Source: Octopus vulgaris (lineage: Eukaryota). From it: DNA of 64,000 nt. Positions 40,551-53,100 of the stretch are shown one piece after another. Both the position numbers and the translations under genes were made by a program. Position 1 is the stretch's first letter, and each line of letters starts with the position of its first letter. The stretch spans positions 14,570,001-14,634,000 of the forward strand of contig OX597826.1 in assembly GCA_951406725.2 (NCBI GenBank). The letters run 5' to 3'. The notes under the pieces were generated by a model, which saw only the letters and a list, made by a program, of their open reading frames with translations, searched no databases and had not been told where the DNA came from.

Positions 40551-41117
40551 TATTATATTTCCTAACTCACTTCTACAGCGTACTGTTAAATTATATTGTA
40601 ATATAATGTTATCCAGAGTTACAAACATTCATTTATAAAACCAACATATAGTATTTCTCGTCGTACATGCGACTGCAAACCTACCAGATATTCCAGCAAG
40701 TTTTCATAAGAAATTTAATCAATATATTGTTCACAGATTAATATCAAACTAAAGATTTTTCACACATAAGAAAATGCAACAGATGTAATGCCTTTTTTTT
40801 TAAATTTCAAATTTACATTTTTTCATTCAGAATCCATCGCTCATTTGATTAATCGAATGCCAAACATCGTTTCTGAGTATGAAACTCTCGCCTTACTATC
40901 TGGGATTTTCTCACCCATAGCTGATGTTAATATGCTTGGATTCATTGTTGTTAGAGATGGTAAAATGAATATCAACAAGTTCGTGATCGTTTTACGAAAC
41001 AAAATTCACTTTCAGATAAATTATTATGTTGGTTCAAACTTTCGAGTGATAATCAAATAAAACATTTAGTTACAATGCTAGATTAACGCCTCTATCGATT
41101 TTCACAAATGTTTACGC

Positions 41118-41186
<69 letters not shown>

Positions 41187-41311
41187 CAGCAGTAGCAGCA
41201 GAATATTGAGGAAGAAGAGAATGTATTTTAGGCGGGTAAATACAAAGACACATGCATAAATATATAGTGTAAGTGATAGACAGATAATTATACAGATAGA
41301 CAGACAGACAT

Positions 41312-41390
<79 letters not shown>

Positions 41391-41391
<1 letters not shown>

Positions 41392-42516
41392 GTTTCTTTA
41401 TTGGCCACACAGGGCTGCACACAGATGGGACAAGTTACAAGGTAGAGCTTTTCTTTTGGGGGATGAAGAGAACAAAAAACAAAAGAAAAAAAAGGGGGGT
41501 GGCATAGGTTTTCGATCAAGAGGGATCGTAAAAGGGAAGAAAAGAACAAAAACAAAAACAAAAAAAAATTGAATAAAATAAAAAGAATAAAAAGAATAAA
41601 AAGAAAAAAAGGGAAAAGGAAAAGGAACAAAAGGAAAAAGAAATGAAAAAAGAAGAAAAAAGGGGAAAAAAGGGGAAGAGGAAAAAAAAGAACGATCAAT
41701 AGGGATCGTGTATCACAGTGTTATGATATATGGTGTAAAGGGGAAAGCAAGTAAGGTTTATCCGTGGGAAGAAAAGCCTACGAAAAAGACCACGGTAACC
41801 TTGGTCAATATTGTTATATGTTACCACATTTGTTTGCAAGTGGGTAACCCTCTGTTTTCAATTTCTGGGTTCATAGGATTATGCTCAAGGTGGCTTCGTC
41901 ATTCATACGTGCCATCCTTGCTACATTCACCCATCTTTTTTTAAAACATTCGCTAGACAAAACTTGCCTCTCTACTCTCACTTTCCTTTTCAAGTGGTAC
42001 TTGAAGAAGTTGATGAGAGATTGACCAGAGAGGAAAGTGTTTGTCTCCAATCCTTTCAGACGCGTCCACCAGATACATTCTTTCGCCATAGCCACAAGGA
42101 TGATGAAAATAGCTCTTCCTTCCCGTTTGAAGGAAGGAGGCGTGACAATATTGACGATAGACTCAGCTGATAAACCGACTCGTCCCACACGTGACAGCAG
42201 TTGTTCGACATAAGCCCACAGGTCGGAAATTGTTGGACACTGCACGAGTGCGTGCAGAACGGTTTCGTCGCTCTGACCGCATCTCGGGCAGGTCGGCCCC
42301 GTGTTTTTGAGCCGTGTCTGTAGAGCTTATCCCGAACGGGTAGCGCTTCTCGGCAGCACTGCCAGGCCAGGGATCTCTGGAAGTTGTCCATGGGCCCTGG
42401 CCCGAAAGTCGTCCTGAACAGGCGGGTCAGGTACTCCTCGTCGACGTCCAGGTTCGCCCCGAGCTCGTCGTTGTACCTCCCTTCCACTAATCCCCTATAG
42501 AATGCATTGGTTGTGT
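41391..42516 (-). mobile_element. 5'-truncated Tx1/L1-clade LINE 3' end, inserted in (GATA)n
   Basis: zf-RVT-like LAWQCCREALPVRDKL..CPRCGQSDETVLHALVQCP..LW; AATAAA near 3' end; (GATA)n on both flanks (41347-41390, 42517-42609). Confidence 0.8.
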
Positions 42517-42575
<59 letters not shown>

Positions 42576-42789
42576 TTAGATAGATAGATAGATAGATAGA
42601 CAGATAGATGAAATAGGTTTCTGGTAGTTTTCCCCAATACAACAGTGATTACTAAAGCCCTTTATATTTTCCTATATATTGTTTAGAAGTTTACGAACGG
42701 GAACCTATAATGTAAACGATGAAATTCCACAAAGCGAAAGCATATGTGTGTGTGTGTGTGTGTTTGCATGAATGTATGCATACACTCAT

Positions 42790-43695
42790 GATCGTCTGAA
42801 CGCGGTAGTCTGAACTCTTCTCTTATACCTAGATAATATCACACAATCAACAAAAATAGGGATATCGACAGGCTCCGCCTAAGAAGAGAAAGCAACGTTA
42901 GGAGCTTGAGATCAGTGCAGATAGCCTTCGAATATCACAGTCTCTCTCAGACAACACATGCTAAACAACAGCATCAAAAGCAAATACATTTACTTAGTTC
43001 TGAACAGTGAGGAAAACAATATCCTACGTAGTGAGCTCCTCGGGAAGTACTCTGTTCTTGATTAACTCCTATACAACCCTAAATCAGCAGAACTGGTATA
43101 TCTGAAAGAAGACTTAGAGGTGAAATGCTCACCATGCCAAAACAAAGACCATGCATGAGTATGTTTCTTGTAGACTTGAAGAAGATAGTAACATTGACAT
43201 GAAGCGGCCTCTAGTGGACTCGTGTCTGCTACATCACACTTCGAAGGCTATGCATTTACAGTCTAAGTGGAGTCGATTGCTACTAAATACCTCATCAACA
43301 TATAAGACGGTGAATGCCTTGGAGTAGCAAGATGAAACTGTAAATGTTGATTGTGTGTCATGGCGTTGTCACAAAAACAATATAAAATTACCATTCGGAA
43401 AAAAGACTGTCTTGGAATAAATATAGAGAATTCCTATATCATTGAATGCAGTGAATAGATTCATAAATACCGGCACAAGGAATGCTTCCATCAAATCATC
43501 TGTCAAGTGTAAGCATAACAGGCCAGATATTGTTTTTTCAGACCGTCAAGATAAAGTATGTCTCGTCATAGAGGTCAGCTGTCCTGCTGATATGAATATC
43601 TCTTTGAAACTCAAACTGAACTAAGACAAATATGGAGAACTGCTTCGAAGCCTCCAGCTTCAATATTCGTATTACAAACTTATAAGCTTGAATTT
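42790..43695 (+). mobile_element. Decayed RLE-type non-LTR retrotransposon fragment
   Basis: DIDRLRLRRESNVRSLRSV (DRLY..R..GGRGL-like), TSHFEGYAF, KCKHNRPDIV...CLVIEVSCPADMNI. Confidence 0.72.
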
Positions 43696-43699
43696 TCTT

Positions 43700-45795
43700 T
43701 AAAAGAAGCCAGCCAGATATAATAATATAATAATAAAATTTGTAGGTTGTGTTCGGAAGAAAGCTATAGCATAATTAGAATGAATGGAAATCTGGTTAAT
43801 ACTAGGAATGAAAAAGTTGCTCATGTAAACACATGACCAAATTCCTATTTATCAATCTTAAATAATTCTTCACTCCCCGATTGCTTAGATTACTTTTTGA
43901 TGTGTTTTTAAATATGTCTATATGTTATCTTTTTCTATGGAATACGATTACTCATCACATCCACTTTACATCACTATATCTTACACTATCTTGATATTCT
44001 TTTTATTTAACATTTTCTTCTAACAATTGCATGACCCACCATATATTGGTCTAACACTTTATCTACCTCTCCTTACACCTCCTTTTCTCTCAATATGTCT
44101 GTTTTTTTTAAATTATATCTTTCTTTAACATATAATATACCTATAATTTTTGTATTTTATTTTATTTGCATATGTCCATTTAAACCCCCTCAACATGCCC
44201 ATTCTAACTATTACTAGTTTATGTTACTTGTCAATTTACCTGATAATTAGATATATTTTACTGCTGATATATGCAAATATGTATTGTACTTCTCCGTGTC
44301 CTACATCCCTACAACCATGTGTGCATATCTAGATATGGATCTTATATGTCATCTGTGTGTGCATATCTATTATTTTGAGCTTATTTATTATGTTGCCACA
44401 AATATGTATTGTTTAATATGAACGTTTGTATCTGCACATATACAATATGCTTCACATACACACACACATATATACTACTTTTTTTTATATGTTTGTATAT
44501 ATATATATCTATATGTGTGTGTCTTGTCTCTCTTTGCACCGCTATGAGTATATATATATTTGTACCGTGTTCTTTCTTTTATGTATACTCTAATAAAAAA
44601 CAACTAAAATTCCTATATCTATGTATACTAATGTGCAGATATGCCTCTACTTACGTATGAATAAATATACTAACAATTGTTTTCCTTATAAGATTATTTT
44701 TTCTCTGACATTATGTATAATTTTTTTTTATATTTATGTGCACCCCCATACTCGTACTTTTTCTTATATTCATAATACACAACACTCTTCTATTACTCGA
44801 ATAATAATAATAATATTCTAATACCATTATATATCCATCACGCATTATGCCAAGCTAGTTTCTCTAGTTCCTTACCTCATAATTTTTTTATTTATGCTAA
44901 AACATACTTACCGTATAACCTTACAAATCAATACATATAAATGAAACCCGCTATTTACTATTTTTCATTCCCAGTTCATTTATCTCCGCTATATTATTAT
45001 TTTTCCGTATTCCTACATCCTTTATTTTCTTTTTCAACTTCACTCTTTTTTCATCTTTATAGCCACAGCAAGTATTTACTATCTAAATTGTAATATTAGC
45101 AACATTTTTTTTCTGTTTTTACTTATTTCCTACCTGATATTTAATACATACTGACAAATATCAGTTCTTATGCAAACAGAAGTTCATCTTATGCATCATA
45201 TTCTCTTTTAACCCTCTAACACTTGTTTACGTGAACAATCCAGTAGCTCTTTATACACCATCTCCTCTAGATTAACTCCATTCTCATGTATTAAAGTTTT
45301 TTTTTAAATACACCACACTAAGTATTATTACTAACTGTCAGATCATATCTCAATTCAAATATAGCCATGCCTTTCCATTGGACATTTCTATACAATTTTT
45401 GCCTTACGCGACTTATTTGAAGTTAAAATTTCTAATCTCCTTATTCATCTGTAGAAGGAACGTCTCTGAAACCTCTTTTACTTATATTTTCAAATAACCG
45501 TTACAGCCTTTAGCTATAGTTAATACCCAACTGGACTCACATTTCTTTTTCTCATAAAGATAAATAGGAATCTCCTAGATCCTATCCTGCTATTTGCTTT
45601 CTCACATCCTTTGTAAAAATTTTGTTTATACTTCTTGCACTGAAGAGTACAGTGATATATAATTAATTTGATTAACTCAATTCAACCATGAATTTGCATG
45701 ATTTTTTATATCTCTGTACGAAACGATTGTCTGCATGAATTAAAATTTCTTAGATATTTTAATATCTTCTCTTCTCCATTTTTAACAAAATTGTT
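43700..45795 (+). mobile_element. 3' end of a Penelope-like element: GIY-YIG C-terminus, ~1.8-kb AT-rich tail, terminal HHR
   Basis: KICRLCSEESYSII...LVNTRNE..(fs)CKHMTKFL resembles the PLE CxLC..EK..I...LN.R.E...CRH..KF terminus; HHR at 45633-45738; continuity of the middle is inferred. Confidence 0.6.
45633..45738 (+). ncRNA. Canonical-core type I hammerhead ribozyme, extended stem II
   Basis: UC(u)UGCA-CUGAAGA-GUACAG(u)GAUAUA...UAUAUC(u)CUGUAC-GAAA-CGAUUG-UC-UGCA(u)GA. Confidence 0.82.
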
Positions 45796-46012
45796 GAGTT
45801 TTATGGCGGTGCCCCAGCATGGCCTTAGCTCATGAGCTGAAACTAGATCAAATCAAAGTATATAAGTATATATATATATATAACGGGAAGCTTTATGAAA
45901 ATAAACAAAAGACGAAGGCAGGTTTACGGAAAATAAACAAAAGACGAAGGCAGGTGGAATACAAACAAACAATTGTATTAGTATGGCGCTCAGGAAATAT
46001 AAATAAAACAAG

Positions 46013-46050
46013 TCTTTAACGTTTCGAGCCTACGCTCTTCAACAGAAAGA
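46013..46050 (-). ncRNA. Minimal hammerhead-like motif in PLE 3' terminus (A6U core variant)
   Basis: UCUUU-CUGUUGA-a-GAGC guag GCUC-GAAA-CG-UU-AAAGA. Confidence 0.65.
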
Positions 46051-46612
46051 TACACAGAGAAAAAACACAGAAAGAAGGAGAGAAAAAAATTTTCTTCGTG
46101 CAGAAGCTAGCGAATCAACATGGCGATCTGATTTCGACCAGAAGTCAAAGATCAAACATGAGACGCAAGAGCAAAATTAGGGGAGATAATAGGGTTGAAT
46201 GACCTAACTCCAACATAAGAGTGTGTGTGTGTGTATGAGAAGAGTGTGTGTGTGTGTATGAGAGAGTGTGTGTGTGTGTATGAGAGAGTATTAGTGCGTA
46301 TGAGAGGTCTGGACGTGTTTATGTATATATGATGTGATGTGTAAAGTCGTATGGTGTAGTGTAGAGAGAGGAGAAGAGGGGGAGGGGAGGAGGGGAGAAA
46401 GAAAGGGGAGAAGAAGGGAGAAAGAAAGGGGAGAAGAGGAGGGGGAGAAGGAAGGGAGAAGAGGAGGGGGAGAGAGAGAAGGGGAGTGAGGGAGCAGAGG
46501 GAAGGGGAAGAGGGAAGAAGGAGGGAGGGAGAAAGAGGGAAGAAGGGAAGAAGGGAAGAGGAGTAGGGGTGAAAGGATGAAGGACTGAAGAGAAGTAGGG
46601 GTCGGGGAGAGG

Positions 46613-48541
46613 TTAGATGAGGAGGGGGGCAGAGTTGAGACCAAATGGCGTATAAGAGCGAAGAGAGAAGATTAATTCCTGTTCACGGCGCAAACGGGAA
46701 TCCGGATGGCCTCTGTGTAAGCACAAACCGAACACAGACAGGTGTTGCAAGGAGTGACCGGTGGAGCGGAAATGGCGTGAGACCGGTGTGTCGTACGCAA
46801 GGCGGATGTCACGAAGGTGTTCCGCGAACCGGTCAGCCAAGCGGCGTCCCGTTTGTCCGATGTACAGGGAATGGCAGAGAGAGCAAGAGATGCAATAGAT
46901 AATATTGCTGGAGGTGCAGGTGAAGGAGTTGAAGATGCGATAGGGTCGATGATGGGTGCCAGTGAGGAGGGTGGTGTTGGAGAGGTAAGGGCAAGTGCGA
47001 CAACGTGGGCGGGAGCAGGGGAACGAGCCAGGTTGGGAGGTAGGGTCAGGGAGGGAGCTATGGACCAAAAGGTCTCGAAGGTTATGGGCTCGTTTGAAAG
47101 AGGGGAGGGGTCGGTTAGGGAAGAGGTGTGAAGTGGACGGGTCGGACTGAAGATGACGGAAAGCTCGAAGAATGGTGCGTTGGAGAGGTAGGGTAGTGGG
47201 GTGGTAAGTGAGGGGAAAATGGAGGCGGGAGACTACAGGGCGAGTTCGGGGAGAGAGAGCAGATACACGGTCCACGGAACGTGCTCTGGCAAGGGCGGTG
47301 TGGATAGTGGTGAGGTGGTATCCACGTAGGATGAAATGGTGAGCCATACGTTGAGACTGAGTCTCAAAGTCATGGTCGTCACTACAGAGCCTACGTAGAC
47401 GGAGGAATTGGGAATAGGGGATGGAAAGCTTGGTGTGTTCTGGGTGGGAGGAAGAGAAGTTGAGGTATGAGTGTGAGTCTGTGTTATTGTAGTGAATGGA
47501 GGTGGTAAGAGTGAAGTGAAGAATGCTAACCGAAATGTCGAGGAAGGAGACAGAGGTGTTGGAGATAGTGGAAGTGAAGTGGAGGGCTGGATGGAAAGAT
47601 TGAACAAAAGAGAGGAAGGAATCTAGATGTTCACGGGAGAGTGAGGTGGCACCGATAATGTCGTCAATGTAACGACCATATAGTTCAGGAGTGGGACCAG
47701 TGAAATTAGAGAATATTTGGGCCTCAACATAGCCAACGAACAGGTTCGCATAGTTGGGGCCCATTCGCGTTCCCATGGCCACTCCCGAGATCTGATGGTA
47801 GAACTCGCCCGTGAACGAGAAGCAGTTATAAGTAAGGACAAGTTCGGCCAGACGAATGAGTGTGGAGGTGTCAGGTTCAGGGTTGGAGCGGAGGTCAAGA
47901 AAGTGTTGAAGTGCCTGCAGTCCTTCGTGGTGAGGGATAACGGTATAGAGGCTCTGAATGTCCATAGTAAAAAGGATTTTGGAGGAGCCGGGAGGAAAGG
48001 AGAAAGAGTTGAAAAGCCGGAGAGCATGGTTGGTATCGTGGATGTGGGAGGGAAGAGATGCCACAAGGGGGGCAAGGACACGGTCGAGGTATTTAGAGAT
48101 GAGCTCCGTGGGGCAGTTACAGGCGGAGACGATGGGGCGGCCAGGGTTGTTGGGTTTGTGGATTTTGGGGAGGAAGTAAATGGTGGGGGTACGTGGGGTT
48201 CGCACAATTAGGTTGGATGCGGTGTGGGGGAGACGGGAGGGCGAGATGAGGTCGCGGACAGTAGAGGATACCGTCTGTTGGTAGCTACGTGTGGGGTTAG
48301 AGGACAGAGGGGAGTAGAAGGAGGTGTCATTGAGTTAGCGGAAAGCCTCGGCCCTGTAGAGGTCCGCGCTCCACACCACTACAGCTCCACCCTTGTCAGC
48401 CGGTTTGATGATAATATCAGCGCGCCGTTGGAGGGAACGAAGAGCCGAGAGCTCAGCCGGGGAGATGTTGAGGCGGCGTTGGCGCCTGGAGAAGTTAAAC
48501 CGCTCCAATGCACGCTGACAAGCGCCCGCGAAAAGATCCAC
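46613..48541 (-). pseudogene. Penelope-like reverse transcriptase / GIY-YIG endonuclease, one premature stop
   Basis: ORFs 48335-48541 and 46613-48205 are the same frame split by a single TAA at 48335-48337; IKPADKGGAVVV, LPKIHK..PGRPIVS, DIQSLYT, GVAMGTRMGP, RYIDD, CSRPRCRTC, NIIYCISC..YIGQTGR, PFGLN. Confidence 0.92.
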
Positions 48542-48554
48542 TGCTAGGAACTGT

Positions 48555-48757
48555 GTATATACGTGTATGTGTGTGTTTGTGTGTCCCCATCATCGCTTGA
48601 CAACCGATGCTGGTTTATTCACGCTCCCGTAACCTAGCGTTTCGGCAAAACAGATCGAGACAATAAGTACTAGGCTTACAAATAATAACACATGGGGGCT
48701 GTTCTAGCATGGCCGCAGTCAAATGACTGAAACAAATAAAAGAGTAAAGGAGTAAAT
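48555..48757 (+). mobile_element. 3' half of SINE family A
   Basis: ttgacaaccgatgctgg...catggccgcagtcaaatgactgaaac, taaaagag tail. Confidence 0.8.
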
Positions 48758-49294
48758 ATTATTTTGCAACAAGTAACAATGCTAGTTCTAAATTCTCTCC
48801 AAGAGATCAACGCAGTAGTTGTAAGGACAAGTAATAACGATGCACAGCTGCATCCGATAACCAGTTAGAGGAGATGTCCTCTTGGGGTTAAAAAATTGCA
48901 GTTAGAATCCGCTCGAACGGACAGCCATGTTAAAGTGGCTACGAATATTACTTGTCAATATTTTTTTGCAATTCTATTTCATCTACTGTACGTGAATAGT
49001 TAAGATTATTTTACGGCAAGATACGATTATCAGTTTCCTTCTGATGATCAAATTTATTATTATGAATGTTGCTGATATTTCCATGTATACAACAGAATTA
49101 TTTTCAATATATTATCTTGCAAGTGAAGTTATTTTCTGGAATAATCACGGTGAATATTCCTGTTATTTTGTTGTACAAATCCACTAATGCTATTCATTAT
49201 TGGATATAATTTTTATTTCGCTATTCATTTTCAGATATAAATCCTATGTACTTTATTAAGAAATCAAATTTTTATTCTTGCATGCTTGGGTATC

Positions 49295-49366
49295 CATGCA
49301 GTGGGACTAAACCCTGAACCCTGTGGTTGGTAAGCAAGCTATTTATCAAATTGCCACTCCTGCGCC
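49295..49366 (-). mobile_element. 5' fragment of SINE family A
   Basis: gcagtgggact..gaacc..gtggttggtaagcaagct..gccactcctgcgcc. Confidence 0.7.
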
Positions 49367-49499
49367 AATTGTATAGAATATAAGGGTACATGCTATAAAT
49401 ACTTTTCAGAGAATGACAAAATTTTTTCCAGAGTGATAGATACATGAGTTAACAGGGCGCACTAACTGCAAAATATGCAAACTGACAATACACACATAT

Positions 49500-49549
<50 letters not shown>

Positions 49550-50199
49550 TGTGTATTTGTGTGTATGTGAGCGCGAGTGCGCGTATGTAGTGGTTTCTCT
49601 CCATATAGCTAAATAAGCAGCCATAACACAAATCCCTCACAATAAAACGCGATCGTTCCATTTCCTTTTCTGAAGATTTCTGGTTTCATATGTATATAGT
49701 TATCTTTTTTATGATTTGTGTTTTAATGAGGAAAGAGGGAATAGGGTGCCGAAGAGCTAAGAATTCAGCCGTTCTTATCCAGACAAATCTTTGATTCTTC
49801 GCACAACGTTTAAAAAGATTAGGCCAGTTCATTTACCTGAAAATCTGTATAAGATATCAGTCGAAGATTCAGAAAAAAAAACACAAAGAATTCATCAATG
49901 CCATGTTGTGTAGCAGAGCTCCTTCTGTCTTAGCCTAGGACAGGATTCTCATTTGCTTCATCTCCTATTGTCTTTATCAAGACTGTATGTTTTAAAAAAC
50001 TGAAAAATATACGGAGTGAAGCGTGAGGCTAAATCCAGTTTGTCTGAGCAATAAAGATACAGTGATTCTCCTCTTGCTGTCAAAGCAGAGAAGTGAGATA
50101 GACCTGTCCAATATGTAAATCAATATGACTGGCATCGTTTTAGATGGGATTTATGCGAATATTATGTCTTGTTTTATACATACATTTCTAATAAACTGC

Positions 50200-53100
50200 A
50201 CCGATCATAGGATTACTGTGGAGCTGTTCCTCATCGTGGCTATGGAATGAAAAGTAATCAGACTGGAAGGTGCAAAGGCAGAAATCATTACAAAATCAAC
50301 TTTGTCATCATTTCGAATTCGATAAAATAAACAGCCGTAAACTACTTTCAGAAACTCATTCAGCCATTCTTCCAATTTCGCGACTATGCCGGGATCACGC
50401 AGTTTGTGACATTTCATTCTATGATCAAATTTATCGAAAGCCTTTGCAAAGTCGATATAGATCACATCCTGATTTCAGTGATTGAGCAGCTGTTTCAGCA
50501 TCCAATCATAGTGTTGTAAGTGCTGAATCAGGTGGCTTCTTTCTGGCAGAAACCATGCTGGGTGTCAGGCAGCAATTCATTTTCCTCAGGGAATGTGATT
50601 AGTTTACTTCTGACTATTCGTTCCATGACTTTGCTGCTGTGCGAAGTCAGAGAGATATATCTGTAGTTTTTGGCCTCTACTCTGCTACCTTCTTTATGGA
50701 TAGGGTATACGGTTGCGGCCAAAATGATCAGAACGGTTGAAAAAATAACAAAATAATTTAAAATGACAGAGAATACTGGAATTATTTAATATTTAGTATG
50801 AAGCCCTTTAGCTTCAATCACACTTTTACAACTTTTACAACTTCGACTGCATGAGGAAATTAAATTTTCAATTTCTTGTTGGGTGATCATATTCCATTCT
50901 TCCTGAAGGGCATTCCATAATTGCTCGGTTGTTTTAGGATTTCTGGCTTTCCTAGAATATTCCACACATTTTCAATAGGATTAAGATCTGGGCTTTGAAC
51001 AGGCCAATCCATAACAATAACCTTTTCAGCCTTGAGGAAGTTCATGACCACCTTAGCCTTGTGACATGGAGCATTGTCCTGCATGAATATGGGTGGTCGC
51101 TTAGTTGAATTTCTCAGCACAGGCAAGACATGACCTTTTACAAGTTGTTTATAAACTCCTGCATTTAACTTTCCATGTAATTACACCAAAGGGCCCACAC
51201 CATCTCCAGATATCATCCCCCAAATCATGACACTTCATCCACCGAATTTAACACTAGTCTTAAGGCATTTAGGCGACAATTTTTCACCTACTTTTCGACG
51301 AAAATAACATAAACTTAGATTCATCACTGAAATGCACCGTTTGCCATTTTTCTTGAGACCACAACACATGTTCGGCTGCAAAGGTAAGACGACACCTTTT
51401 ATTCTTGGAGCTGATCAGTGGCTTCACTGCAGGTGCTCTTGCTTGTAGGTCATGTTCAACTAAACGACGAGACACATTTTTCCGAGATAAAGTTTTCTTC
51501 AGTACAATACTCATTTCCCGAGAAATAGCAGCAGCAGTTTTAAATCTGTCCTTTTTAACCAACTTTACCATAGCACGATCCTCTCTTTTGGTCGTTTTTC
51601 TTGGCCTACCTGTAGACTTTCTTGCTTCACACGAACCACAATCATCGTAGACCTTAAGAATAGCGTGAACAACACTTTTTGACTTGTTAACAATCTTTGC
51701 AATAGACCCAATACTTAAATTATCCTTCTTTCGAAGCTTAATAATCTGCTGGCGAATTGGTAACGGAGTAAATGGCATTATATTAACAAAGTACACTGCA
51801 GATATTCTTACTAATGTTTAGTAAACGAACCATCACGTAAACAAATTCAAAACTTTAGAGTTCGCCGGTTAAATATACTAAAACACGGAGTAAAAGCAAC
51901 CGTTCTGATAATTTTGGCCGCCATGGGTTTTGCAGTAAATCTCTAAATCATCCATAACTTTTGTATTATCCTCTCAAATTACACCAAAATCTCAGACAAT
52001 AACAAATAACGTATTTATTGTCTGTGAAAATTATAGAATATAAAACAACTTTGATGAAAACTTATACCTACTTTTTTGACGAAAACAATGCCGTTCTGAA
52101 CATTTTGGCCGCAACTGTATTTACCCTTCCTTCAGCTTGCTTGGAAGTTTGCCAGTTGCAAGGAAGCTCTGGAAGAGAGACTGCAGTTGTCGTGCTCGGT
52201 CCTGCTTCCATGATTTTAGAAGGATTGTTTGGAATCCATCAGGGTCAGTAGTTCGGGTTCATTTCATCTATAGCTCATATTACATCGTCTTCTTTTATAT
52301 TGATGTAATCAATCATCACTGTTGCGAAAATATCAACTGGAGTGCTGACTTGGAAGTGTCCTATGGGTGGAGTGAAAACACTTTTGAATTGCCCGTTTAG
52401 TATTTCACTTATACCCATTGGGTTTCCTGTGAGGGAACCATCATTTTCAAGGAGTGGCCCTACCCTCAGTGCACTGAGGCTCTTTCTTTGGCAAACTTGT
52501 AGAAGGCTCTGATGTTAGATCTTATATTGTCTATCGCCCAGGCTTCTTTGTCTGCTCTTTCTTCTTCATGGGAGAGCTGCAGATATTTTTCAATCTCCAG
52601 CAGTTGTATTTTCAGGTGGAAATGTTCGCTGTCTTCAATTTGTTTGTTTAGGCGATTTGAAATTTTCGTAAGAACTTTCATAAGAACATTCCTCTCCCTG
52701 GCAATTTTGTTCTTGTGTACAGCGGCCTTTCTTTCCGGAACACATTTGTAACATATGGCTTGCAGTACATACATAAATGGTTGAAGTTTCATGTCGATGT
52801 CCGGAGCGGAGAGATATTTACACCAGTTTTGTTTGATGATCTCTTTCTTAATTTGTTTCCAGTTTGCCTTATGGAACACCAAACTGGAAAGATTTTGAGA
52901 GTTTCTTGTGGTCTTTATGTCCATAGATTCCTCTGGTCCGTACATGGTCAGCTCTACCATACTGTGATCCGAGACTAGAGTCGGTGTCACACATTATGGA
53001 TGAGATCCATATTATTTGCGAAGCAAAGATCCAGTGTATTACCTACCCTGGTTGGTTAGAGTACTATTTGTTCTGTTAACAAAGTGTTGATGAGGTTCAG

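Larger units (their letters stand above)
45882..48550 (-). mobile_element. 5'-truncated, near-intact Penelope-like retroelement (Neptune-like)
   Basis: RT + GIY-YIG ORF, pyrimidine-rich 3' UTR, HHR-like motif, 3' end in (TA)n with a duplicated 26-mer aaaataaacaaaagacgaaggcaggt. Confidence 0.9.

Noticed and set aside
46645-48547. Plus-strand ORFs of 73-164 aa
   Set aside because: Antisense shadows of the Penelope ORF
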